From Octopus vulgaris (taxonomy: Eukaryota), in the NCBI GenBank assembly GCA_951406725.2, contig OX597817.1, positions 156,426,001 to 156,490,000 on the forward strand: 64,000 nt of DNA. The letters run 5' to 3'. Shown here one piece after another: positions 53,281 to 64,000 of this stretch. A program made the position numbers and the translations under genes. The notes under the pieces were generated by a model. The model saw only the letters and a list, made by a program, of their open reading frames with translations. It had not been told where the DNA came from and did no database searches. Position 1 is the stretch's first letter, and each line of letters starts with the position of its first letter.

Positions 53281-53959
53281 CTATTATTTCTTGCAAATTA
53301 AAGTTCCCTCATACACTTAAAAGATTAAGTATTGATAGTGATGTTGTATAGCAGTCTCTGCGAGTAGAACTGGTTCTGGTTCTGAATTGTGGTGATAGTC
53401 GTGGTGTCGCGTATTGTTCGGATGGAAGTAAAACTAGTGGTGCCGGTATTTAATGCTATGGTAATAGTAGAACTAATAACGGTGTGTGGTGGATGGCAGC
53501 GGTAGAACCAGTGGGATTGCATAATGATAAACGAACTGTAGAATTTTCCAATCTAATTAGCAATTTATCTGCTTCCACAATCGATAACTGATGGCTATTA
53601 TGCTAAATTACAGACCATATATTGTCACCACCGTCCACCCCAATGCCACCATTATCATCATCATCATCATCATCATCATCGTGTTCGCCTTTCTTTGCCA
53701 AAATGGATTGGATGGGTTTGTTTCAACAAAGCAGTCTAACCACTTGTTATATTACATAAACACACATGTACATATACATACACTCTCTCTCTCTCTCTCT
53801 CTCTCATCATTCCTGTGTTGTATGATGGGCTATCCTCTCTTTGCCGGTTTTGTCTTCTCACCTTCACTATTTCTCTCTCTCACTATACTTTTCTCTTTAT
53901 TTGTCTACACAGTCACTAACGGACATCTGTGTTATTATTATTATTATTATTATTATTAA

Positions 53960-54420
53960 GAAGGCAGCCAATTGATTGAATCGTTAGCACACTAGACAAA
54001 ATGATTATCTGCATTTCTTTCAGCTTTACATTCTGAGTTCAAATTTTGCGGAAGCTGGCTTTCAAAATCAATAAAACAAGTATCAATCAAGCACTAGCAT
54101 TGATGTTATGAACAAGCTTCTCTCTCCCAAAATTCCAGGCCTTGTCCCTATAGTAGTATAGATTATTATCATTATTATTATTATTAGCACTGTCAAGGCT
54201 AATAATGATGATAATAAACTGACGGAATATTTTGAGCATCTGACAAAATGCATTTGCAGTATTTCTCCAGTTCTTTACATTCTAAATTAAAATTCCAGTT
54301 GAGACCAACTTTACTTTACAGCCATTTGAGATCAGTGAAATAAAGTGCCAGTCAAGTTTTGAGTTAATTTAATCAGTTGACCTCTCTCCAAATATGTGTT
54401 GGTCTTGTGTTTCTTTCGAA
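53960..54420 (+). mobile_element. Two degenerate family B SINEs
   Basis: GAATCGTTAGCAC...TTCTGAGTTCAAAT and (ATT)n tails. Confidence 0.6.
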
Positions 54421-54516
54421 AATGATTGGTAACACTGTCACATCACTGCAAGCTGTTTTATATCAGTGAGACTGATGTCATTGATGTTTCTCTTGAACCT
54501 TTATAAGTAAACACTT

Positions 54517-54819
54517 GTGGCACGTAAAAGCACCATCCGCTTGTGTCCGTTGCCAGCCTCGCCTGGCCCCCGTGCCGGTGGCATGTAAAAGCACCATCCG
54601 TTCGTGTCCGTTTGCCAGCTCTGTCTGGCACCTGTGTGGGTGGCACGTAAAAAGCACCCACTACACTCACGGAGTGGTTGGCGTTAGGAAGGGCATCCAG
54701 CCGTAGAAACACTGCCAGATCTGGGCCTGATGCAGCCTTCTGGCTTCACAGTCCCCAGTTGAACTGTCCAACCCATGCTAGCATGGAAAGCAGACGCTAA
54801 ATGATGATGATGATGATGA
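54517..54819 (+). mobile_element. Family C
   Basis: Three GGCA(C/T)GTAAAAGCACC units, core, (GAT)n tail. Confidence 0.85.
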
Positions 54820-55445
54820 GAAAGACATGGACAGGGGGGAATTCCATAAGGGAGGACTAGGTGCAGTGATTAGTGTGGGACCTGGGGTGTTGGACTCGGC
54901 AAGGAGGATGAGAGGAGGAGAGACAAATGGGACGAGAATGCTCAAGTGAAGGTAGCATGAGCCCTGCCAGCTCTAAGAAGAGGCCTTTATAGTAGCAGTA
55001 GAAACAACAGAGATGAGATCGCATGCTTTGTGAGTGAAAGGCTGGGGCATGTCTGTGAGTGATTTGGAAGGCCCTTTTCTGAGGTGATCTAGGATGTCTG
55101 TATGCAACAGCAGCAACAACACCATCCCAGATATGAGAGCAATACTACAAAGCTCCTCAGCTGAGCTTTGTAGAGTATCAATAATTGTTGCTTGCAATGG
55201 TGAGGAAGTTTGTTTATTGGAGCAATTGTTTTTACTGTAGCATGTTTTCTATTGTGCACTGACCTGTGAAAATAGGAAATAGTTTTTTTTCTAAAGAAGT
55301 GTTTTGAATACGTTAGAACATGTAATCAGTAATGAAGCACCTTAATCTCATCTCCTTCAAGTCTCATTAACCATTATACTTCAGTAAAATATTATCAAAT
55401 TTCTAGCCTCTTGAATCTATGTTTGATATTTGTATAGTCTACATA

Positions 55446-55921
55446 GAAATCGAAATCGAATTCGATGACTGGCATCAGTGCTAGCAGAGTGCTAAGAGCA
55501 CCATCTGAGCGTAATCAATGCCAGAGCAGCTAACTGGCTTCCGTGCCAGTGGCACGTAAAAAGGAACCATTCAAGCGTGATCATTAATAGCGTCGCCTCA
55601 CTGGCACTTGTGCTGGTGGCACATGAAAAAACATTCGAGTGAGATCGTTGCCAGTACTGTTGGACTGGCTCCTGTGCGGGTGGCACGTAAAAAACACGAT
55701 TTGAGCATGGCCGTTGCCAGTACAGCCTGACTGGCCCTCGTACCGGTGGCATGTAAAAGTACCCACTACACTCTCGGATTGATTGGCATTAGGAAGGGCA
55801 TCCAGCTGTAGAAACTCTGCTAGATCAGATTGGAGCCTGGTGCAGCCATCTGGTTCGCCAGTCCTCAGTCAAATCGTCCAACCCATACTAACATGGAAAG
55901 CGGATGTTAAACGATGATGAT
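55446..55921 (+). mobile_element. Family C with ~5 diverged tandem units
   Basis: Boundaries defined by the empty site in the paralogous segment at 57876. Confidence 0.85.
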
Positions 55922-57045
55922 AAGCATTTTTAGTTCCTGTTATATATTGATGAGCTATTGTATATATTAATTTCAGACCGTAAAAGAATAACAACCCCTC
56001 TGACCATTACTTGTGTTATGTTTCTATCACTTGAGACTCTTAATCTATTCTAATCAACTGGGCAACTGCCATCCCCGTCATAATATTTTTTTACTACTGT
56101 TGGGAGCAGTAATCCTGTCTTTACATATGTGGTTTATCATGTTATCTGAGGTATGAGAAGTTTTGGTAGAACACCAGCACTATGTAGTTACTGGGTGACT
56201 TTCCTGTTACATGGTTGAACCATTTCAGTCTCTTTACCAACATTACCTCAGTGTTTCTTATGGAAGTACTTCTACGCCTGTTTCATAAGGATACTCTCAG
56301 TATAGACTGTAACCACTGCATTTCAAAACTTTTAATCTTGAGTTCATCTCCAGATTTTAGGGTCTACATTTTTGAGGTAGATGAATATTCACACATAAAC
56401 ACACACTCTCTGTCTGTCTGTCTGTCTTTCTCTCGCTCTCTCTCCTAAACACAGAATCACTGCATAGTTTAGTGAACAGTGTAGTCCCCACCCAGATAGA
56501 CATGATACACCTGGAGCAATAAATCTGTGGGTAACACCCAGTCATTTGACTGACTGCCTACATCATGCCATAGAATTATTTTGAACTCAAGTCTTATATA
56601 TATATTTATATTTAGAAATTAGACACAGGAGGATGTCAGTAGACTGGAGTACAACATAAGGTAAGATAGATAGATGAAGATAAAAGTACAGAAATATTAT
56701 ATTACAAGTGAAATGAATTGGTTTCAACCGCTAATGAAAAATGTTATGGAGTTTGGGTACAGAGAACTCAGTGAACTCCTCCCTATGGTGTGAGATTAGG
56801 CATATTTTTCACCAATACACATTAAAATATTGTGAGCCAACAAGGGAACTTGTCTCTAACCCTGCAAGAAATAGCAGTCAATCTCCCCCCTTCCCCACCT
56901 AAATTGCACTCTTGTGGAAAGGAAAGGACACATTCAGTAATATAATGCAGTTTGGATTCTTTGTATCTGTATAGAAAATGGGTTGCTCACAGCTAGAACA
57001 TCTTCGATTTATAAGCTTGCTGAGTTAGGGTTGATCAGGGGTTAA

Positions 57046-57263
57046 CCCTCTAGCATTCAGATTTCTCTGTAAATTGTAATATTTATTTACATTGATTTGA
57101 ATTATGCATGCATTTATCTGGTTGCTCTGAGATTTTGATGATATGATTGCTTATTTTTAGAATAACATTAAAACATAGGTGTGAGAGGCCAGAATCCAGC
57201 TGGTTTAAGCATAAAACAAGTTGAATATTTTGGCTGAATATGACCGGTCTAAATGCTAAAGGG
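57046..57263 (-). mobile_element. piggyBac-like MITE family F
   Basis: TTAA|CCCTCTAGCATT...AATGCTAAAGGG|TTAA, interior reversed. Confidence 0.85.
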
Positions 57264-57308
57264 TTAATAACATCAACAGTTACTGTTTTCCACAGCTGTT
57301 ATCTCTTT

Positions 57309-57725
57309 ACTCTCTCTCTTTTACTCTTTTACTTGTTTCAGTCATTTGACTGCGGCCATGCTGGAGCACCGCCTTTAGTCGAGCAAATCGACCCCGGGAC
57401 TTATTCTTTTGTAAGCCCAGTACTTATTCTATCGGTCTCTTTTGCCGAACCGCTAAGTAATGGGGACATAAACAAACCAGCATCGGTTGTCAAACAATGC
57501 TAGGGGGACAAACACAGATGCACAAACACTTATATATATATATATATATATATACATATATACGACAGGCTTCTTTCAGTTTCCGTCTACCAAATCCACT
57601 CACAAGGCATTGGTCGGCCCGAGGCTATAGCAGAAGACACTTGCCCAAGGTGCCATGCAGTGGGACTGAACCCGGAACCATGTGGTTGGTTAGCAAGCTA
57701 CTTACCACACAGCCACTCCTGCGCC
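57309..57725 (-). mobile_element. SINE family A
   Basis: Full length; 9-bp TSD TATCTCTTT. Confidence 0.9.
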
Positions 57726-57891
57726 TATCTCTTTTTTTTCTTTTTTTTTTTTTTTGAGGGATTTTTAACACTGATACAAGGCTCTAAATTTTAGGATTAC
57801 AGTACTTGATTACGTAAATCCCTATATTTTCAAATTTCTAACCTATTTAATCTTTGATGTTTGTATAGTCTACATAACATTTTTAGTTCCT

Positions 57892-58164
57892 ACAGTTCTA
57901 TATTTAAGAGATGAGGAATTATTTACATTATTTACATTCGACAGATATTTGTCCTCATCTTGTTTGTTGTTAACACAACGTTTTGGCTGATATACCCTCC
58001 AGCCTTCATCAGGTGTCTTGGAAAAATTAGGAATGAGAACCCAGGTTCGAAATTTTCCCCCAAGACACCTGAAGAAGGCTGGAGGGTACATCAGCCGAAA
58101 CATTGTGTTAACAACAAACAAGATGAGGACAAATATCCATCGAATGTAAATAATGTAAATGATA
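57892..58164. mobile_element. Penelope-like inverted terminal fragment pair carrying two hammerhead motifs
   Basis: ~101-bp arms 57921-58021 / 58060-58160; each carries CTGA(T/A)GA-AGGCTG-loop-CAGCC-(G/A)AAAC; flanked by the direct repeat TTTAGTTCCT. Confidence 0.75.
58064..58109 (+). ncRNA. Minimal type I hammerhead motif (sense to ankyrin pre-mRNA), stem III palindrome mutated
   Basis: GACAC-CUGAAGA-A-GGCUG-(10 nt)-CAGCC-GAAAC-AUU-GUGUU; stem I GACAC/GUGUU. Confidence 0.55.
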
Positions 58165-58489
58165 TTTAGTTCCTGTTATATATTGATGAGCTATTGTATA
58201 TACTAATTTCAGACAGTAACAGAATAACAACCCCTCTGACCATTACTTGAGCTATTTTTCTATCATTTGAGACTCTCAATCTGTTCTAATCAACTGGACA
58301 TCTCTGCCATCCTCTTCATAATGGGTGCTAGCTGATACATATTTTTTTTACTACTGTTAGGAGCAGTAACCCTGTGTCTTTACGTAAATGACAGGCCAGC
58401 ATCTTATGTGCTCTATCAAGTTATCTAAGGTATGAGAAGTCTTGGTGGAACCCCAGCACTATTGTATCTAAAATAAGAAAGCCAGGTTC

Positions 58490-58820
58490 ACATTGGCTAG
58501 TAGGAAGTTTGCTTCCCAACCACGTGGTTCTGGTTTCAGTCCCACTGCATGGCACCTTGAGCAAGTGTCTTCGACTGTATCCTCAGGCCAGACAAAGACT
58601 TGTGAGTAGATTAGGTAGGCAGAAACTGAGAGAAGCCCATCATGTGTGTTTTGTGTTTGTCTCCCACCACCGCTTGACAACCAGTGTTGGTTTGTTTATG
58701 TCTCCATAACTTAGTAACTCAGCAAAAAACCAATTGAATAAGTACTAGGTTTGAAAAAAAAAATAATACTAAGGTCAATTCACCTCTCTTAAAATTCTTC
58801 AAGGCAGTGCTCCAGCATGG
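58490..58820 (+). mobile_element. SINE family A, diverged
   Basis: Collinear with the other A copies. Confidence 0.75.
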
Positions 58821-59059
58821 GAAATGGACTGCTGGTGATGAGGATGATGATGCCATCATAGTAGCAGTAGTAGTAAAGAATAGCATTTATTCACTCTGCT
58901 ACTGAGATGACAGTTTTGCAGGTGTAATTGACTTAACTGTTCCAGTATATGACTGGAACTGCTCTGCAAGGAATTCATTTCAGATAAACTTTATTAGTGC
59001 AACCAAGTACCTGATCTTCGATGCTTTGCAAGTATGACCTCATTGAACTTTATAGTTAG

Positions 59060-59448
59060 GGGTGGAGGCGCAATGGCCCAGTGGTTAGGGCAGCAGACTC
59101 GTGGTCATAGGATCACGGTTTCGATTCCCAGACCGGGCGTTGTGAGTGTTTATTGAGCGAAAACACCTAAAAGCTCCACGAGGCTCCGGCAGGGGATGGT
59201 GGTGATCCCTGCTGTACTCTTTCACCACAACTTTCTCTCACTCTTACTTCCTGTTTCTGTTGTACCTGTATCTCAAAGGGCCAGCCTTGTCACTCGCTGT
59301 GTCACGCTGAATCTCCCCGAGAACTACGTTAAGGGTGCACGTGTCTGTGGAGTGCTCAGCCACTTACACGTTAATTTCACGAGCAGGCTGTTCCGTTGAT
59401 TCGGATCAACCAGAACCCTCATCGTCGTAACCGACGGAGTGCTTCCAC
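59060..59448 (+). mobile_element. tRNA-headed SINE family E
   Basis: TGGCCCAGTGG (A box), GTTTCGATTCCC (B box); 9-bp TSD TATAGTTAG. Confidence 0.9.
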
Positions 59449-59786
59449 TATAGTTAGCGGTTACAGTTGTTAATACAGTCCTAGTTCAATCCTGACAAAG
59501 ACAACATTCCATTCTCTCAGTCTCTTATTCTTTTATTTGTTCATTACAGAATATATCTAAGACTACAATGTCATTCTCTTTTTAAAATGACAGACCCTGA
59601 TTTTCAGATTTAGCTTCTATTTCTAACAGATGAAGTAGCTCTATAGAGGTTTCCTTCCCACCTTGATTTCTTAATTTCATTTTGTGTCCACTATTGTAAA
59701 TTATACATTTCTTGTTGATATTTCTGTTTTGTGTTATCAATTAATGATAGATGATCTAATAATCTTGTTTTTAATTCTTCTTTCAG

Positions 59787-59885
59787 AATGGCCTCAACGC
59801 ACTCCACCTCGCCTCTAAGGAAGGCCATATTAATATTGTCACAGAATTACTGCGAAGAGGAGCAAATGTTGAAGCAGCAACTAAG
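59787..59885 (+). CDS. ANK2: Ankyrin next exon, one 33-aa ANK repeat
   Basis: TTCTTCTTTCAG acceptor ending 59786; 99 nt = [33 protein letters not shown]; AAG|GTATTT donor. Continues the previous exon in frame exactly as in canonical ankyrins ([14 protein letters not shown]...ATK). Confidence 0.96.
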
Positions 59886-59964
59886 GTATTTTATAGTTTA
59901 AACCATTATCATAACATCTTTCTCCTGCACACACGTGTGTGTGTGTGTGTGGTTTTCTATCAGT

Positions 59965-60140
59965 GTCAGTAATGAGGTCTCAGTTGTTCAGTCAACTAAA
60001 TTACCTGCTCATGGAATTAGTGTGTTAGTAGCCGAACATTCCACAGACGTGTGTAACCCTTAACATAATTCTCATATAGAATCAGCTCGACACAGTGTGT
60101 GACAAGGCCGTAACTTTTTTTTTTAATTACAGGTAAAAAT
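59965..60140 (-). mobile_element. Diverged family E 3' half
   Basis: Reverse complement aligns with 59262-59430 (GGCCTTGTCAC..CTGTGTC..GTTAAGGGT..GTCTGTGGA..GAGCAGG). Confidence 0.75.
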
Positions 60141-60305
60141 CCATCTGTCAGGTTTCTGTAGAGATTCTTTCTGCCCAATTCCATTAACGAGGTGGATGGG
60201 CTGTGGCTTGAAACTATGCAAACCATGTAAGTTTGGTTTGCATGGTTGCAAAAACCAAACTCCATTACCAGTTGGCCATACTGCACCTAGATGTGTATGT
60301 GTGTG

Positions 60306-60336
<31 letters not shown>

Positions 60337-61774
60337 TAGTGGTTTTTCTCTATATATTTATAATCTATCTAATCTACCACTGATTTTTTTCTGACTCTGA
60401 ATATAATCTGCTTATATCAGCTGATTATAAGGATTTTCACATAATACAGCTGGTTTAGATTTAGTTTAAATTGAAAACGTGTTGTACATCAAAAGCTTTT
60501 TATCCTATGCATATACACCAGAGATAACTACACTATTCTAATTAAGTTATTCCCCTTGCTGACATTTCTTCTGCTGTAATACTAAACCTTCCATGATAAA
60601 ACTGCACTGCATATGTTTTTCAGTTAATTTTCTAAATAATTAAAAAAATTTGTTGGCTCTTATTTAAAATTGATTGTAATGTTATTTTTTGGTAGTTATC
60701 AGAAGGTTCTGACATAAACCTATAGTGATATTTTTACCTGCTGACATCTTAATTTACGTAACATTGATGTAATACCTAAGTTTTAGTAATTTTTTTTTAA
60801 TTACATAAATTAAAAGCATTCGAAGTTTCCAATATGTTCATCATCAAAATGTTTAAAATATCAGGTTTTAATGATGCAACTGTTTGGTATTCTATGTTTG
60901 TCTGGTTGAATGAAATTGGAGCACCATTCCTCGATGCTGATGTGTTATGGGGAATTTTCAAACATTCCATAATGATTACTGCTAAACTAGTTCTTTGGCT
61001 TTAATCAGGTTTTCTTTTAAATTCTCTTCTTAAATTGACTGGGAATGAGTTACAGCTGGCCAAACTGGTAGACTTGTTATCTGACGAAGAAGACACTTAA
61101 CGGCTCAGTTGACTTATTTGTAAATAGATACCATTGGAAGTTAGTTGCAAATTATTGCAAGGCAGGGGTCGGGAAGAGGAGAAAATTATTTTCATGTGTT
61201 TTGTTAGTTTTGGAATTTTACAAATTTTTTTTTTTTTAGAAATCTTTCTTCATTAATTTACAGGAGGAATGTTACAATTGGCCAGGTTCCTTGATTACTG
61301 GCCTTTGACACTGAGGACTGATAGTTCAAATCTTATTATTTGTGGCTAGGCTGTCACTTAATGGCCAGTTAACTTACTTATAAATAGGTACCACTTGAAA
61401 ATTATTTGCATCATCATCATCATCATCATCATCATCGTTTAACGTCCGCTTTCCATGCTAGCATGGGTTGGACGGTTCAACTGGGGTCTGGAAAGCGGAC
61501 TTATAAAATCAAAAGTTGGTGGTGAATAATTCACAAGTGTTTTGTTAGGTTTTAGCAATGTGTTTAAATAACTCGTGTAAGATGAACATCCTATCCAGGT
61601 GGTAGAGATTTTTCATTTCCTAAAAGCCAGAAAAATTGGGACAAGCTCCAGTAATCTGCTACAGCTTTCAATAATGATGGAGGTTGAAGATAAGTTTCTT
61701 CTTAAATTAAAATTAATATTGATTGATTACTTTAAAGTTGTTAGCATTTGGTGTGACAGGTGAGAGCAGTAAAC

Positions 61775-62174
61775 ACTCTTTTGCTCTTTTACTTGTTTCA
61801 GTCATTTGACTGCGACCATGCTGGAGCACCACCTTTAGTCGAGCAAATCGACCCCGGAACTTATTCTTTGTAAGCCCGGTACTTATTCTATCGGTCTCTT
61901 TTGCCGAACCGCTAAGTGACGGGGACGTAAACAGACCAGCATCGGTTGTCAAGCAATGCTAGGTGGACAAACACACACACATACACACATATACATATAT
62001 ATACATATATACGACAGGCTTCTTTCAGTTTCCGTCTACCAAATCCACTCACAAGGCTTTGGTCGGCCCGGGGCTATAGCAGAAGACACTTGCCCAAGAT
62101 GCCACGCAGTGGGACTGAACCCGGAACTATGTGGTTGGTTAGCAAGCTGCTTACTACACAGCCACTCCTGCGCC
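61775..62174 (-). mobile_element. SINE family A
   Basis: Full-length reverse copy. Confidence 0.9.
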
Positions 62175-62601
62175 TTGCAGACATTCTGGAATTCTTATAC
62201 CACCTAGCCCTCACCACCAAAATTTCGGGCCGTATGCCTATAGTAGAAAGGATTATTATTTTTGTTATTATTTATTTAATTATAAATTACTGAACCAATG
62301 GCTGTATGAGTGTCTGAGGTTCATGTATTCATTAGATCACTGTACTCTGGTTTCTCATTCATAAAAATTGGGTTTTCCCTATGAATCAATAACAGTAGTA
62401 ACATTTATGGTGACAATGGCAATGATGGTAGTAGCTGTTGTGTAATAGTAGTGGTAGTGGTAGATGCTGTAGTGTTAATGATATAATATTTGGTGATGGT
62501 AGTAATGTTTGGTAGTAGTAATTGCAGTAATTAGTAATACTATTCAAAATAACTCAGAACCTATCTGCTCTTATATGAATGAATGACATTGTCCTTCTTA
62601 A

Positions 62602-63272
62602 CCCTTTAGCATAATATTTATCTGTTCAAAGTGTTTTGAATTAATCATGCATTGTCTCATAGCTTTTGAGATTTTAATGGTGTCATCATCATCATCATCA
62701 TCATCATCGTTTAACGTCCGTTTTCCGCGCTAGCACGGGTTGGACGGTTTGACCGGGGTCTGGGAAGCCAGAGGCCTCTCCAGGCTCCAGTCTGATCTGG
62801 CAGAGTTTCTACGGCTGGATGCCCTTCCTAACGCCAACCACTCCGCGAGTGGATTGGGTGCTTTTTACGTGCCACCTGCACAGGGGCCGGGGGTCCGGCA
62901 TCGGTCACGATCGGTTCGAGCTTTTTCTAGAGTTGAGTTGGGGGGGGTCTAGCTGAGAAAGGTTCCACCAGTGGAAAGAGAGGGAGAGATAGTGGGGGGG
63001 TGCAGGTAATAAATGGAAGCACCAGTGGGGAAGGTTGGGTAAGGAGGAACGATGACAAGGAAAGGGTTGGTGCAGAAGAAATAAAAACGTAGGATATCAC
63101 GAGACAGGGTGGGGGACTGGAAGGAGATGGTCAGATTAAGGCAGTGCCAGATTGATTATATATTTTTAGAATGAAATTGTAGGGTAAGTGTGAGAAACTG
63201 GATCTAGCTGATTTGATCGTAAAATGAGTAGAATAAATGGTGCTGTGTTTAGCCAGTTCAAATGCTAAAGGG
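62602..63272 (-). mobile_element. Family F MITE interrupted by a ~470-nt insertion
   Basis: TTAA|CCCTTTAGCAT ... ATGCTAAAGGG|TTAA; the F interior stops at ~62682 and resumes at ~63150. Confidence 0.8.
62683..62930 (-). mobile_element. Family C
   Basis: (CAT)n tail, core, one tandem unit. Confidence 0.85.
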
Positions 63273-63579
63273 TTAATCACTCTTTCGTGCATGTTCATTC
63301 TGTAGCATTTCCATATGCACCTATATGTGTATAGATGTATTAATACATTTTCTAGGTGTATGAATTTGGTGTGTGATGGTGCTGTAAATAAATAGTTATA
63401 TGCTGTACCTTATACAGGCACATTCATAACAAATTTACATATACACACACACATTAGTACCTCACTTTATGAGACCCCAAGTTTATAAGCTTTTACAAAT
63501 TTTATTTTCTGTTTATGAGTTTTTGCTTGATAAGCATTCTCAGGGAATCAATTAACTCGTTAACTCATATATCAAGGCA

Positions 63580-63822
63580 GTGGCATGTAAACTTGTGCCG
63601 GTGGCATGTAAAAAGCACCATCCAATCGTGGCCATTTGCCAGCCTCGTCTGGCACGTAAAAGCACCCACTACACTGACGGAGTGGTTGGCGTTAGGAAGG
63701 GCATCCAGCCGTAGAAACACTGTCAGATCAGACTGGACCTGGTGCAGCCTTCTGGCTTCCCAGACCCCAGTTGAACCGTCCAACCCATGCTAGCATGGAA
63801 AGCAGACTCTAAATGATGATGA
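63580..63822 (+). mobile_element. Family C
   Basis: Tandem units, core, (GAT)n tail. Confidence 0.85.
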
Positions 63823-64000
63823 TATATAAGGAACTTTCCATCCATTAGAATGTAAATGAATATATGTCAATTTTGCCCTAAAGAGATTTTTACCTTTTAA
63901 ATTCATAATGCAGTTTTAATTGTAAAATATGAAGATGGTAAGAAATTAGAGCATGCATAGGCAAAATAAAATTGACTATTATATAAATGAATAGATTTTT

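Larger units (their letters stand above)
55395..58462 (+). repeat. Local direct duplication of ~320 bp (copy 1: 55395-55445 + 55922-56183; copy 2: 57830-57891 + 58175-58462)
   Basis: Shared TTTGTATAGTCTACATA, TTTAGTTCCTGTTATATATTGATGAGCTATTGTATATA, AGAATAACAACCCCTCTGACCATTACTTG, GGTATGAGAAGT...CCAGCACTAT. Confidence 0.88.
33342..59786 (+). other. 26,445-nt GT-AG phase-0 intron of the ankyrin gene
   Basis: Bounded by GTGAGT and TTTCAG; the flanking exons are adjacent in the ankyrin protein with no missing residues. Confidence 0.9.

Noticed and set aside
59062-59140. tRNA gene (also at 18780-18851, 26690-26759, 49140-49215)
   Set aside because: tRNA-like A/B boxes continue into SINE bodies with TSDs; no proper cloverleaf or terminator.
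61081-61110. CTGACGA as another hammerhead core
   Set aside because: No stem II closing on a GAAA downstream; the same applies to other isolated CTGANGA hits I checked.

Overview
AT-rich, microsatellite- and repeat-dense eukaryotic genomic DNA. The SINE families and repeat density suggest a cephalopod (Octopus-like) genome; this is an inference. The only host coding sequence I can support is two phase-0 exons of a canonical ankyrin (ANK2/Ank2/unc-44 type) on the + strand: 33240-33341 (102 nt, [34 protein letters not shown]) and 59787-59885 (99 nt, [33 protein letters not shown]), separated by a 26.4-kb intron. Neither appears in the ORF track, whose ORFs are almost all spurious. The rest is intronic or upstream DNA filled with several tRNA-headed SINE families, (GAT)n-tailed retroposon 3' ends, decayed RTE and CR1 LINEs, piggyBac-, Tc1/mariner- and hAT-type MITEs and a non-autonomous Helitron. 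The most notable unannotated structures are Penelope-type hammerhead ribozyme motifs inside the ankyrin intron. One has an intact core and an unusually long hairpin stem II (minus strand, 34206-34334); the others form an inverted pair within a ~240-nt fold-back (57921-58160). Also seen: a near-perfect 98-bp palindrome in a (TA)n tract, a local duplication whose two copies were hit independently at almost the same site, and an inverted SINE pair bracketing the 99-nt exon. All calls come from reading by eye; family letters A-H are my own labels.
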